Origin: Chiloscyllium plagiosum
Lineage: Eukaryota
DNA length: 64,000 nt
Assembly: GCF_004010195.1 (NCBI RefSeq)
Contig: NC_057718.1
Coordinates: forward strand, 85,091,136-85,155,135
Direction: 5' to 3'
Part shown: positions 41,346 to 55,447 of the stretch, piece by piece
Layout: each line of letters opens with the position of its first letter
Position numbering within the stretch: the stretch's first letter is position 1
Translations under genes and position numbers: made by a program
The notes under the pieces: generated by a model
What the model was told of the DNA's origin: nothing
What the model saw: only the letters and a program-made list of their open reading frames with translations
Databases searched by the model: none

Positions 41346-41557
41346 AGGAAATTAGGATAAACACAAACATTAGCTCAGCCTCCCAGCTTCAGGAAGAATG
41401 TGAAGGCATTAAAGATTCACGAGAATGGTTCCATGGATAGAGACTGTCAGTCACATGGTTAAATTGAAGCTGGAACAGTTTTCCTTGGAGGAAAGATTAA
41501 AAGGAGAGTTGACAGAAATACCAAAAATCACAAGATGTCTGGACAAAGTAGATACAA

Positions 41558-41733
41558 GGAGAAAGTGAGGACTGCAGATGCTGGAGATCAGAGTTGAGAG
41601 TGTGGTGCTGGAAAAGCACAGCAAGTAAGGCAGCATCAGGAATCCCGATGAAGGGCTCATGCCCAAAACGTCGATTCTCCTGCTCCTCAGATGCTGCCCG
41701 ACCTGCTGTGCTTTTCCAGCACCACACTCTTGA
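41558..41733. mobile_element. Penelope-derived palindromic element
   Basis: CcGATGA-A-GGGC-TCAT-GCCC-aAAA-CGTC; TSD gacaaagt(a/g)gata(c/t)aag. Confidence 0.78.
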
Positions 41734-43231
41734 CAAAGTGGATATAAGCAAAAGAAACTAGAAGTATTGAGAACCAGAGGGTACCAAGTTAGGATGATAA
41801 GCAAAAGTAGTTTTGATGAGACTAAGAACAATTTTTCCATGTGGGGAATGTTTAGGATATGGAATGCTTTGCTGGTGTGTGTTGGTGATAGATTAAATCA
41901 TAGCTTTCTAAAGAAAATCAGATAAGTCTCTGAAGAGAGCAAATGTGGAGGGCTGCAAGGAAAAGGTAGAGGAGTTAAGCTCAGTTGTTCTTGCAGCACA
42001 CACAAAATAAGTTGAATGATCTCCTTCTGGACTGTAAGTATTCGGTGATTCAATGATTCTATACTCTTGCTGCCAAATGCAGATGCATTTCTCAGAACTT
42101 TCAGTAATTTAATCTGCTGTTTCTGCTTGGCACAGCAAACTGCCCCATTAGCATTCTGAATTCATTGATTACAGTTTTGAAACAATTGCTTATTTAGGCA
42201 ATCAGTTTGTCATGCTAAGTCATCACTACACCAGTGCAGCATTTTTTTTTCCCATATCAGACATAAAATCTAATCCACTGACTGAGATGTTGTAAAACAA
42301 GAGACAATGAAAGAAACAGGCACCGATAAGAGAGAGAGAAAAGGGAGAAAGACTAGAAATAGAAAAACAAGTCGATTATACAGCCCCTTGAGTCTGTTCC
42401 ACAATTCAAACCAGATCCTGGCTGTTCTCCTACCTGCAGGTCATTTTCCCCAATATGAATGGATAGCTTTTCATCGCTAGAAATTTATCAGCCTATCAAC
42501 CTACAAAACAGATAGCCTGAGGCTTTAAGCCATAATAGCACTGTTAGCCATTTAGACCCTTAAGTCCAACTCCTCAGCTACACAAGTTCACTTCCTCAAG
42601 GACCTAACCAATTTTATTTTGAACACACTGACTACTGCTGCTGCACAATATTCTTATATAGTGTGTTCCAGGTCCTTACTATTTACTGCATAAAAATTAA
42701 CTTCCTCACATTTCTTGTCCAAAACCTGAAATCAGACAAGGAAACAGATTTTCTACTTCTTGTAAACCTCTCAATCTTGTAAAGCCCTATTGAACCTCCC
42801 CTCAAAACCCTTTGCTCTTTCTCCAATCTAGCTTCGTAACAAAATCCCTCATCCCTGGAATCATTCTAGTAAATCTCCAAGGCCCTCACATCCTTCCTAT
42901 AGTACACTGACTCGAACTGAGTCGTAATACTCTAGCTTTGCCTCATCAAAGCTTTATAAAGGGTTCAGTATAACTACCCTGTTTTTGCACTTGCCAAGTT
43001 GATAACCTTGAAGAGAAAAGTCACAATTTGTTTTACAAACAATACGTTATTTAAATTTTAAATTGGTCTTTGTCAGACTAAAACATTACCACTGCCAATC
43101 AAAAAGATGGAAGTTGCCTACAATGTTTGGAAAGTTCCAGTCAGCAGTTAACAAGTGAAATCTCATATCCCTACAATGTACGAAGCTTACAGTCAACAAA
43201 CCTAAAAAGAACAGTCAACGAAAGGACTCCC

Positions 43232-43325
43232 ATTCCTGATTAAGGGCTTTTGCCCGAATCATCGATTTTCCTGGTCCTCAGATGCTGCCTGACCTGCTGT
43301 GCTTTTCCAGCACCTCTCTAATTTA
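43232..43325 (+). mobile_element. Short Penelope-derived insertion
   Basis: CTGATtA-A-GGGC-TTTT-GCCC-GAAt; perfect 12-bp TSD gaaaggactccc. Confidence 0.75.
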
Positions 43326-44139
43326 GAAAGGACTCCCCAGCAGAGTCTACTAATCAAGAGCTATCAAAACTCATTAAGCCTGAAAACTGACTCAATAGCT
43401 AACCATCTATCTTATAGAAGGAAGATGATTTTGACTAGGTTTCCCCATTAACTAAAGTGGCTCATGCAGGAAACTTATTGCATGACCAAAACTCCTCTGG
43501 TCTTTGAAAAGCTCTAATTAAATGTTCCTTAAGTCAATCCAGTCTCTAGTAAGAATCAATCTGCTGTTAACATTGAGTCAATATAAAGAGAACGCAATGT
43601 GTAACACCATAACCAGACTTCAGGCTTAACTAAGCCTGTCTCAATCCAAGTAAACCTCCTTGAAATGCAGTTGTGAAAGACATTTTGTATTTAACTGAAA
43701 AGTGGACCATACTGCTGCATCTTACTCAACTTCGAAGGGAATTCTGAAGCTTCTACCTTGGAAAATAAACCCATCTCAATCTGAGCTCTCATGGAAAAGA
43801 ACCTCCTTCATTGGATTTCCAAAGAATTCCTCTACTGTTCACCTTATTGGAAATACCTAGCTGATAGGTGAAAGATCTCATTGAAGATTACTCATTACCT
43901 GTTAGTCTTTGGTTAGATTTTACTCTGGCTTGATTCACTCATCTTTTTTAAAGTAATCTTCTTCCAATTTGGAAATTTTACTTGCTGTTCTTAATTATGA
44001 ATTTCTACCTTCCAATAAGTACATGATTCCTCTTACTCAAATGCTCCCCCATTGGTCCATCTGATTCACCTCAATCCTCAACAACAGATCCAGCAATGTC
44101 TCCTTCCTATTTGGATTATACTCCAATTAAATTCTGCTA

Positions 44140-44307
<168 letters not shown>

Positions 44308-45791
44308 CTAAATTGTTGATTGTTTAAAAGAGTCATAACTTTGTCACAAAATCAATAAAAACATTAGGCAAATGCACCTCAACAACTATTTAGTCTTACC
44401 ATATCGCATGGACCCAACCATTGTGGGTGTGAGTTGCTTAAAGGGTGTGAGTGACACTGCAGCAGCTTCACATTTTACTTGGTAATCATTTCAGAAAGGA
44501 AATGACCTTGGGTCTATCTAACCCCTTTACCTAGGCAATTCCTTTGGCGAATTTCTAGTAAGCTTGAATCTCACTCACTCACAAGAAAATATCCAGCTAC
44601 TTCTTGATACTTTTTGTTCCATCTCAGATAGTAGCAATTTGTTCCAAACACTTAACACACAATACCCTTTTGGTTAAGACTAAATTTCCTCCTGCATTTT
44701 GTTGTTCCTAGTTTATAAATATGCCCCCAATTCTGAAATTATGTACACAACAGAAAAGCTCACTTGACTCCAAGCCTTTCAAAATATTAAACTTTTCTGA
44801 CATTCACTCTCAGAATTTTCTTTACACAAAAAGAGGATTCTTCCCTGTGAGATTCAAATCCTAAAATTGCTTCAAGCTCACTTCTACTTATCCCGTCTTT
44901 TGAGTTCAGGATTTTAAAACCAGAATTCAAGCTCTAACTCTCTCCACATCACCAATTCAGATACATGGTTATAAGTCCAATAATACACTACTGTGATCCA
45001 TGATAACAGACCTGAGGTCACATCCATTTTAACTACTTACCTCAAGTGCCAAAGCCAAACTTTCCAACATGGCCACCAGAGAAGATCAGCATGTGCTCTT
45101 TTTACACAAGGAGTGGCCATTACTAAATGTCCACTCAGTTACTTAGAATTAAATAAAGTGCAAGGCAAACACATTATTCATCCTAACTATTCTATGTTTT
45201 GGTCTATGCACAACATGATATCCCTTCGGCTCTCCTTCAGTTAACCCTACCAGCATATTCTCCTATTCCTTCCTCTTTAAACATGCTTAGCTAGCTTCCC
45301 CTTAAATGCAATAGTGCTGCTCACCCCAACTACGAGGTGGTGGGAGGGATCCAACACTGGAATCCCAACTGCTGACAGCAGAATATCAAATAGACTAATT
45401 AATATGCCAGCTGAAAGTTGATTGCCCCCATGAACACCAAAGCTCATAACCCTCCTGCTGGTGCTTCCAAGCCACCTCCTGACTACACTCAGCTATCTCC
45501 AAAACTTAGCAGTTATCCTCGTTGAAGGACACAGAACATACAGGCAGCAACAGCCATTGTTCTCAATAGTACTGCCAGTATTGGAAAGCTGATGGCGTCT
45601 GATTAGCTGGCAGCTCCTAGGTGTGGGATTTCTATCATCGTTGGTATTGAATCACATATGAGTCCCAATATTGTCCAGTTAAGTTCCTGACTACACGTAA
45701 ATAATGTCAGGCCTCCCAGACAGCATTGATAGCAGGTTCCAGCTCCCACTGGTTCACTCTCAGTGTGGAAAACACCTGTTACAGGAAGCTA

Positions 45792-46031
<240 letters not shown>

Positions 46032-46984
46032 TCATTACAGAAAAAGCAAAACTCACAAATGCTACTACCTTATCTTCTGACTATGGCGATAATGGCCAAG
46101 GTATAAGCTCTCCTTCCTTGGAAGTGGAAAATTACGGATTCAGGTCCCATCGCAGAGACTGAAGCTGTTCATATATACTTCCAATTTACTACTGAGGAGT
46201 TGGAGGTGCTACTCTTCAGATGAGATGTTAAGCTATCATGCCAGCAACATTTTTATTTCCTTTTATCAGGTTATGGTACTAAAGCAACTCTTTCATTGCC
46301 TGTTGTAATTATACCAACGAAAATACTTTTGTAGAAAATTGCAATGAGGTAAAATTTCACATCAAAATACTAAATGAGAAAAATGAAATAATTTATATTT
46401 ATAGGACACCTTTTAAAAAAAAGTGATAATTTTGACTTGCATTACCTCAGGGCTTCTCAAAGCACTTACAACTAATTTATTTTCACATCATTGCTGTGAT
46501 ATTGCGGACAAAGTGGCTGGGAATTTGCACACAGCCAGGTATTTAAGTCAACTAAAGTCAATGGGAATCGGGTGGCAGGATTAGGGAACAGCGGATGAAT
46601 TAAGATATTAAGATTCCAGTCAAGTATAAAAAAAGAATCATATTAGATATAGACAACTGGGATCAAATGAATCTCAAACAACATAAAGAGTGTAGGGGTA
46701 TTCTTAAGAGGGAATCGAGAAGCAAAGAGGGTATGTGAAATAGCCTTTGCAGGCAAGTTTAAGGATAATCCAAAGAGATTCTACAAGTACATTAAGAGCA
46801 AATGATTAATTAGAGTGAGTAGAGCATCTTAAAAGGACAACATGGTCATCTTTGTATTGAACCTCAGAAGATGAGAGAGATAGTAAATGAATATTTTGCA
46901 TCAGTTTTTACGGTGGAGAAAGAAACTGAAGCTACAGAACTCAGTGAAATAAATTTTGATGGCTTGAAAACAGTTTACATTAGT

Positions 46985-47162
46985 CATAGATAGAATCCCT
47001 ACAGTGTAGAAACAGACCATTAGGCCCAACAAGTCCACACCGACCCATTCCTCTACAGTATTACTCTACATTTACTCCAGACTAATGCACCTAACTGACA
47101 TAACCCTGAGCATAACGGGCTATTTAGCATGGCCAATCCACCCAAACTTTACATCCTTGGAT
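46985..47162 (-). mobile_element. 5'-truncated HE1-type SINE
   Basis: Similar to the 3' half of the SINEs at 21903 and 60773. Confidence 0.7.
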
Positions 47163-47337
47163 TGAGAGGAGGGAGCGCCAAAGTCTTAGAAAACAAAGAT
47201 GGATAAATCTCGGAGATGCATCCTAGACTATTCCAGAAACTTAGGGAGAAAATTGTAGGATCCCTAGCTGAAATATCGATATCATCCGTAACCACTGGTG
47301 AAATGCTGGAGGATTGGAGGGTGGCCAGGGTGGTGCC

Positions 47338-48062
47338 TGTTGATATTAGGATGAAGCAGTGTACTGTACCTTTACGAGAGAGTGAAAGCTGGCAAGCACA
47401 TGTCAGGCATAAAGTGAACTGGACAATTTGAAGATGTAACGTTTGGGCTGTAACTTAGATAATGAATTGTTTTCACAGCAGTTAGAATTTAACCAGTTTA
47501 AATTATGCCCCAAAATACTAAAACCCAATTGAATTTGAATTTTACTGTTTTGACAACATTGAACCAATGAAATGATCTGATGTTTTGGGGTATAAAAAGT
47601 AGGCATTTTGGATAGTTAGCCAGAGAAACAGCACCTTCTGCCATAGTCAGACAGACTGCCTGAAATCTCTCTCTCAAAAAAAAGATACCTTTTCATATGA
47701 AAAATCTGTGCAGCAGAAGACTAAAGATGACCCAAGGAGATCTACAAACAGAGGATTGACACTGCTGTCTGTTTTTTTTTGAAAATTGATTTAGTGTAAA
47801 TTTAATAGGGGCTTTGTCAGATCAGTATATTGTTATAGTGTGGGAGGTAGATAACAAAATCTTTAAGACAGAGGAGGCTTGGTGTTGTAAACAGTTGTGG
47901 TTTAATGTTCACTTTTAAAGTTAAAGAATAAAATTGTTTTTTTTCTTTAAATAGTGGAATTGGGGTAGTTCTCGGTCACACATACTTTAACAAAGTATGA
48001 GGTGATGTGAGCTTTTCTGTATTTGGCTTAGTTAGCAGAAGGGTTTACCCCGTGTCATAACA
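47338..48062 (+). mobile_element. Solo LTR inserted in CR1
   Basis: TGTTG...CATAACA termini, TATAAAA and AATAAA inside; splits the CR1 VVP|KKG motif; no clear TSD. Confidence 0.65.
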
Positions 48063-50799
48063 CTAAGAAAGGCTGCAAGGAGAAGCCTGGGAACTACAGT
48101 GCTGTGAGATAGACATCGGTGGTAGTTTGATTGTTGGAGGTGATTCAGAAAGATAGGATTTACATGCATCTGGGGAGGCAAGGAATTATTAGGGATAGTC
48201 AGCATGGTTTTCTGTGAGGGAAATCATAGCTTGCAAACTTGATTGACTTTGAGAAAATTAAAAAGATTGATGAGAGCAGAGCAGTTGATGTTGTTTACTT
48301 GGACTTCAGTAAAGCCTTTGATAAGATTTCACATGGTAGGTTAATTCGAAGTTAGATCACATGGGATTCAGGGTGAGCTTGCTAACTGAATATAAAATCA
48401 ACTTGACAGTAGGAGACAGAGGGTTGTGATGGAGGGTTGTTTTGGACTGGTAGTATTCCACAGAGATTAATACTGGGTCCACTTTTCTTTATCATTTTAT
48501 ATAAATGATTTGGATGCGGATATAAGAGGCATGGTTAGCAAGTTTGCAGAGGTCACGAGAAGTGGTGGTATAGTGGACAGTGAAGATGGTTATCCAGGAT
48601 TACAAAGAGATTGTGATCAATTGGGTCAATGGGCAGATAGGAGTTTAATTTGCATAAATCTAAGTATTGTATTTTGGTAAAATAAACAAAGGCAGGACTT
48701 ATACAATGAATGGTAGGGGCCTGAGTAGTGTTGGAGAACAGAAACACCGAAGGGTGATAATTCTTTGAAATTGCATCGCAGATAGACGGGGTGGTCAAGG
48801 AAGCATTTAGCTCACTTGCCTTCATTGCTCAGACCTTTGAGCATAGGAGTTGGGACGTCATGAAGAGGTTTTACAGGATGTTGGTGAGGCTTCCTTTGGA
48901 ATACTGTGTGCAGTTCTGGCCACCATTGTCATAGAAGGATATTATTAAACTGCAGAGGGTTCAGAAAAGATTTACCAGGTTGTTGCTGAGGATGGAGGGT
49001 TTGAGTTATAGGAAGAGGCTGGATAAACTGGCACTTTTTATACTGGAGTGTGGGCGGTTGACCTTAGAGAAGTTTATAAAATCAAGGTAAGGTGAATGGC
49101 AAAAGTCTTTTTCCTAAGGTGGGGGAGTTCAAAACTTACACAATTTTAAAGGTGAGAGAAGAAAAAAATTTACAAAGGGCATGAGAGACAACTTCTTAAA
49201 CACAAAGCATGGTTAGTACATGCAGTGAATTGCCAGAGGAAGCTGTAGACAGGTACAGTTACAACATTTAAAACGGATTGGTTAAGTACATGAATAAGAA
49301 AGGCTTGGAGGGGTATGGGCCAAGGTGGGTCTAGTTTAGTTCGGAACATGGTCGGTGTGGACTAGGTGTTTCCATGCTGTACGACTCTATAACCGGCTGG
49401 AATCCTACAGAGGAGGAAGAAAGATAGCTGTGATTGTTCAAAATTATAGGAATTCCTCAGAATAGTGTCTAAGCATTTTCAGCTACTTCATCAAATGACC
49501 TGTCCTCCATAAAAGGTCAGAAGTGGAGATATCAGTTACCTTTTGCAACTGTTCAGGTACTGAAGTCTACATCAATAGCCAGCAAGATCAAGGCAACTTT
49601 CAGGTTGGAGTGATAAGTGGCAAGTAATATTTGTGCTCAAGTAGTGCCAAGCGATATCCACCTCCATATTCCCTTGACCTTCAACAATATCACTGTAATT
49701 GAATTCCCAGCTGTCAACGTGCTGTGGGTTATTATTTACCAGAAACTTAACCAGACAGCCATATAAATATTATGACAACAAGACCAGTTTAGAAGTTGGG
49801 AATTTAACTGAGTGACTCACCACCTGACTTCCCAATGCTTGTCCATCATCTTCAAAAGTAGATGCCAGGAACATGATAGATTTGGACCCTAACCATCAAC
49901 TCAAAATATTCACTTCATTCATTCAGACCCAAAATGGCAGCAGTCTGTACCATTTACAAGATGCGCTGCAGCAACCCATGCAGGTTGCTTCCACAGTAAT
50001 TTGCAAATCCGTGAACTCTACCATGTAGAAGGACAAGGGCACCAGACACCAGTGAACAACACCATCTGCAAGTTCCCCTCCAAGTCAGTATTCTAACAGG
50101 ATCATAATGCTGATCCTTCATTTTCACTAAGTTATGTCTTGGAACTTCCCAACAGCACAGTGCACCTACACCTCTCATGCCCTTTTAAAATTTTTCTCCT
50201 CTCACCTATGATAGTTTAAAATGGCAGCTTGCTATAATCTCTCTCAAGGTCAGTTAAGGATGGCCATCACCTACATCCCATGAAAGAAATGATCCTGAAA
50301 ACAAATATGACAATAACCACCTTGATCTTGGCATCTGTCCTGATTGCAGTGGAGAGATAAATATTGGGAAGGATGGCGAGGATCCTCCCAATCTTTTCTT
50401 TGATCAAACATTTCACTTCTTTCGATCAGTAACACTGTTTCAGCACTGCTGCTCCTGTTCCTGCCAGGTTGCAGGTCAGCTTCAGAGAACTGACAATGGC
50501 CACCCTCTCCCATGAAAATCTTAAGACAAAAGACAAGCTCTTAACAAGTTCCCTAACACCTTCAACAGGTCCAATGAGATGGAGGACCACTTTTTCCACT
50601 CACTCCATGCCCTCATTTCTGTCCTTGAGAAAGTCAGAGATGAAGGTAGCAGCCAGATACATAAGCCACTGATGCCTTTTTTTTAAAGGAATCATTCTGC
50701 CAACGTCCTGTCCCACTGCTGTGTTAGTGGCCCAGGCCTCATTACTACAAGTCCAGTTTTTCAACTGAAGTATTATCATACCAAACTAGGATGTAATAC

Positions 50800-51310
50800 T
50801 TCAAAAGTTTGTGAGAAGATTTATAGCTCGGGTGCTCATTGCTGTGGTTCTGTTCGCCGAGCTGGAAGTTTTTGTTGCAAACGTTTCGGCCTCTGTCTAG
50901 GTGACATCCTCAGTGCTTGGGAGCCTCCTGTGAAGCGCTTCTGTGGTGTTTCCTCCAGCATTTATAGTGGCCTGTCCCTGCCGCTTCCGGTTGTCAGTTT
51001 CAGCTGTCCGCTGTAGTGGCCGGTATATTGGGTCCAGGTCGATGTGTTTGTTGATGGAGTTTGTGGATGAGTGCCATGCTTCTAGGAATCCCCTGGCTGT
51101 TCTTTGTTTGGCTTGCACTATAATGGTAGTGTTGTCCCAGTCAAACAGCTGAAACTGACAACCGGAAGCGGCAGGGACAGGCCACTATAAATGCCGGGGG
51201 AAACACCACAGAAGCGCTTCACAGGAGGCTCCCAAGCACTGAGGATGTCACCTAGACAGGGGACGAAACGTTTGCAACAAAAACTTCCAGCTCGGCGAAC
51301 AGAACCACAG
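50800..51310 (-). mobile_element. Penelope-like retroelement, 5'-truncated, with an inverted terminal repeat
   Basis: FDWDNTTIIVQAKQRTARGFLEAWHSSTNSINKHIDLDPIYRPLQ (PLE GIY-YIG C-terminus); 166-bp inverted arms 50842-51007 and 51145-51310; perfect 13-bp TSD taggatgtaatac. Confidence 0.88.
51236..51275 (+). ncRNA. Minimal type I hammerhead ribozyme motif
   Basis: GCA-CTGAGGA-T-[GTCACCT AGAC AGGGGAC]-GAAA-CGTT-TGC: complete core, stem I GCA/TGC, stem II of 6 bp plus an A.G mismatch, palindromic ACGT stem III. Confidence 0.7.
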
Positions 51311-51981
51311 TAGGATGTAATACGTCACAAAAAGAAACATATGCCAGCCTGCAACCTTCAATATCACAAATATTTCACTTCACAAATTGTAGTCGGACCA
51401 GTTAATATTGTTTATTATATACCCATCGTATACCAGGTCATAAATAATCCCTCATCTCTCTTTGCAGAGCCCTTTTTTACCATTTAATCAACGGGCTACA
51501 ATTTGGAGTGGATGTAGAATCTTATTGGAGAGTCCAAGTTTGAGACAGAGTTATAATATCACACTCTTTTTCAAACTGTAACCCTATTGTTTAATGAGGA
51601 ATTAGAAATTCCAATAGGATAATATTGTTTTTACCGTCAGACAATTCATCAATGTCGCCTGAAGCTTATTTTGCTAAAGGGTTGGCTGGATTGTATCTTC
51701 AATAACTAAACTAATAATGATTTTCTTACAAAAATAAAAATGACAACTCAATTAGAGTGGTAGTTGGAGCATGAAAAAAAAGTGAAGTCCTAGAAACTGA
51801 TTCAGCCACTTATTTGTCTGATATTGCAAAGTCCTGCTTTAATTTATTATAAGAGTCCAGAGAACAAGAAACTAGCAAGAGGAGGATGACTGGGGGAGAC
51901 ACACAGTGGAACTAATTGGAAGCAGGACTGATTTCAACCACCTGCAAAATGAAAAGCCCATTTGTGCAAACTTCTTTGATC

Positions 51982-52208
51982 TTGTGAAATTTACTGCACC
52001 CTACCAAAGTTCAAGACGACAGTTTCAGAAATAAGAAATCAAATTATTTGTATAATTGCATCCAATAGAGGTGTGATGGTATCCCTGGTAGTGATACTAT
52101 GGGACACTGTTCACATGTTGTGAAATTTACTGCACCCTACCAAAGTTCAAGACGACAGTTTCAGAAATAAGAAATCAAATTATTTGTATAATTGCATCCA
52201 ATAGAGGT
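51982..52208. repeat. Exact 91-bp direct repeat separated by a 45-bp spacer
   Basis: 51982-52072 and 52118-52208 read identical. Confidence 0.92.
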
Positions 52209-53089
52209 TGTTATGAGATACATGCAAGGGAAGAGCTTTTGCAGCACATTGGTAGTGTCCCTACATATAGGTTAGAAGGCCCGAGTTCAAGTCCCATCTG
52301 TAGAAGGTGTGTTAAAATAGTCTGAACAGGTTCATTATAAAAAATACCAGTACATGAGGTACTAAAGAATTGTGCTGGGGTCACAAATGTGCTCCTAGCT
52401 GCTCTAGCTACAGTATTTTTGTACAGATTCTGGTCAGAAGTAGAACTTCTTTGGAAAATGATATTTTCACATAGTTTTGAAAAATAGCAGAAGCCATGAC
52501 TCTAGGATATTCAGTGCTACAGCATAAAAAATGGCAATACTCTTTGATACCTAGACTTATTTCTTAGCTACAGATCTCACTTCTCTCAAGTCAGAAGGTC
52601 TGGGGATTCAATTTCGATCATAGAAATTTGAATACAAAGTTTTGGTTGAAAATTCTAGCATACTGAAACCAGAGGACAGCATTGAAGGAACACAGAATTC
52701 TTGATGGGTTCTGGCCAAAATTTATTGCTGTCACTGGGACAAAAACAAAATTCCTGGATATACCAACATATCAGCTGCAGCAGTTCAAGAAATTGGATCT
52801 CACAGGGTAGGTGGGGACAGGGCAACAAATGTAGGCCTTTTCAGTGATGCCCGCTTCCCATGAAATAAAAAGCTATGAGGGAGTGATGCCTTGTTAAGGC
52901 CTATTTTTCAACGAAGACATCATATCAAAGCTCTATTTGCGAAGCATGACTTGCATGTTGTACTACAGAGTCCTTGCAAAGCTCATGTGTGGTTAATCAT
53001 ACAAAAATCTTAAAAGGGACATTTTCTTGTGTACCCCTATGTGATATGTTCCTGACTGCATCATGGCCAAGCTCTGACGCAGCTTAGAG

Positions 53090-53740
53090 CGGGGCTTCCC
53101 AGACTGTGGGACATTGTTTCCCAGTTGGAGCTTCTAGGGTCGCAAGTTCCAAGGCAACAATGACAACTGTAGAACTCAAAGCTGCAAGACCCATTCAAAT
53201 CCTCAAGTTATTTTTTTTCTAATGATAGCTGTACACTAATGCACAGATATTAGAGATATGATGCTTGTTTCAATAAAAAACTACTAAGTAAACTTCCAGT
53301 TTAAACATTTCCCACCACACTCAACCTCACAACGGCCCTCCCCCACCAACTCAGCAGCTGAAGCACACCTCACGAACACCCCTCCAAATCAGAAACCTTT
53401 CCACCCCTCCTCAGCTAACAGCTAAAGTCCATATCCTAACTGCACAAACCACTCCCTGCTCAGAAATTCTCTTAACCCTCTTTCCACCTATCGCATTTCC
53501 GACACCCCTCCCCCAAGTTCCTCCTCCCTACCTTTTATCTTAGCCTGCTGGACAAACTTTCCTCATTCCTGAAGAAGGGCTTATGCCCAAAACGTCGATT
53601 CTCCTGTTCCCTGGATGCTGCCTGACCTGCTGCGCTTTTCCAGCAACACATTTTCAACCCCAAATTCTCACTCTGGGATCATACAAAATCTGCAGCATTA
53701 AAACGGAGTCACACGGGGCAAGAAAGTTTGAGAAGCGCTG
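53090..53740. mobile_element. Non-autonomous hAT element
   Basis: TIRs cggggcttcccagact / agtttgagaagcgctg; perfect 8-bp TSD gcttagag. Confidence 0.75.
53485..53657 (+). mobile_element. Penelope-derived fragment nested in the hAT element
   Basis: CTGAAGA-A-GGGC-TTAT-GCCC-aAAA-CGTC followed by the family tail. Confidence 0.75.
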
Positions 53741-55410
53741 GCTTAGAGGCAACATTGTTTGAAGAATTTTTATTCACTTATGACTTCTATGTTATTGTAT
53801 TTAAACTGTGTACAAGTTCATCACACAGTACCAAAGGTTGTCAAGCTTGTAATCTTTTCAACAGAGGTTCTCAGCACTTAATGGAGTATGTCAATCACCG
53901 ACATACACAGCACCATATAAAGGAGAAAAATGATAAGCAGAACTACCTCATTCCTGCAATTGAAACAAAGAGCAATTCATATCACAAAAATGTTAGTAAA
54001 GATTGGAAAGAAAACCTATTAGCTCTCCTTGCAATAAATTAAGCTTTAAAATCAGTACGACAATAAGAACTAACATTTATGTAGCAGCTTTAAGCAAATA
54101 GAAATCACAGTGGGCTTTGAAAAAAAAAGTGATTACTTTTAAAATAAATCTAATCAATCTCATAGCAATGGCACTATTTGAAAAGTTGCAGGAGATGTGC
54201 TTTATTTACCCTTTTACCAACACTTAAATTATCTGGACATTTGTCAAGAGGCTACTGCAAATGCCTTCAAGATAAAGACTACTGGTGCAAACCAAAATGA
54301 AGAAGGTTCATTCATGAAGACACCAAACACATTGGGAGATTCAATGAGTGTGTTCACTTCCCAATTTTAGAAGGCCTCATTTTAGTGACTTTAAACAGAA
54401 TGTCAATCAGTAGATACCTTGAAGTAGAACTGATTTGACACAATCCAGGACTGAGTAACAGGAAATGGAATCGGTTTTCATTGTGTGTTTAAGCAGAAAT
54501 GCTGGAATTACACCACCACTCATCAATGGTAAGTTTATTTAACAGGTTGCAAGCTGCTTCTGAAGCTGTAACCATCATGATGTTAGCTCTCCAAACAATC
54601 CTTTGGGAAGACGTTGCAAATTTTGGCAAAGGACTGCAGCCAATGACTGGGGAAGGTTCTTGGCAAGAGGTTGGAGAAGTTAGTCAAATTGTTTCATTTT
54701 GGTACACTGCTTTCATCATTCACAAAACAAAAGTGGAACAACATTTGAAATTGTCATAGGTATCATCCAACAGTTTTCCTTCTTAGTAGCGACCTCAAAT
54801 AACAGTTGATGTTGTCCAGCAAAGTATAGTACTAAGGGAGTCTTATATTGTCAGATACTTCAGATTAGATGCAAACAGCATGCCCTTTTAGATACACATA
54901 AAAGATCCCATGGCATTATTTTAAAGAATAGCAAACAAGTTCACTCTGACATCCTAGTGATTACTCATCTATCAACCCAATCTAAAACAGATGAAAACCA
55001 GTCATTTATTTTTCTGGTTGTTAGTGAGGCATCATAAATCCTAGTGACTATACTTGATTGGCTGTGAAACACACTGGGAGGCCCTGAGGTTGTGAAAAGT
55101 GCTATGTAAGTTCAGTCTCTCTTTTTAATCCAAATTGCTTCCACACATTGGGCTAAAAATTAATCTTTTTCTGTTTTACATGTACGTCTTACTATTTTTA
55201 GAAGTGCCATGATGAAAACTTAACTTAGCAATTCCATTAAAGTACACACTACTATTTGTCTGTATTTTGGGAGATGGTAGTCACAACCTTTTTATGACTA
55301 ATTCCTATATTTAGTCTCAGGGCCTGTTCCAGCAACACATTCAAATCACAGGTTACTCAACTAGATGATTAACACTAAGGCACTGCCCCATTCCCAGTAT
55401 TCTTATCATT

Positions 55411-55413
<3 letters not shown>

Positions 55414-55442
<29 letters not shown>
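55414..55442. repeat. (AT)n microsatellite
   Basis: About 14 AT units. Confidence 0.9.

Positions 55443-55447
<5 letters not shown>

Larger units (their letters stand above)
46600..49390 (+). mobile_element. CR1 LINE (ORF2 to 3' UTR) interrupted by a SINE fragment and a solo LTR
   Basis: NEYFASVFT, EDWRVARVVP...KKG..KPGNY, YLDFSKAFDKI, LVRLPLEYCVQFW motifs. Confidence 0.85.

Noticed and set aside
51982..52208. Repeat-spacer-repeat as a CRISPR-like array
   Set aside because: Only two 91-bp units, eukaryotic intron, no cas genes.
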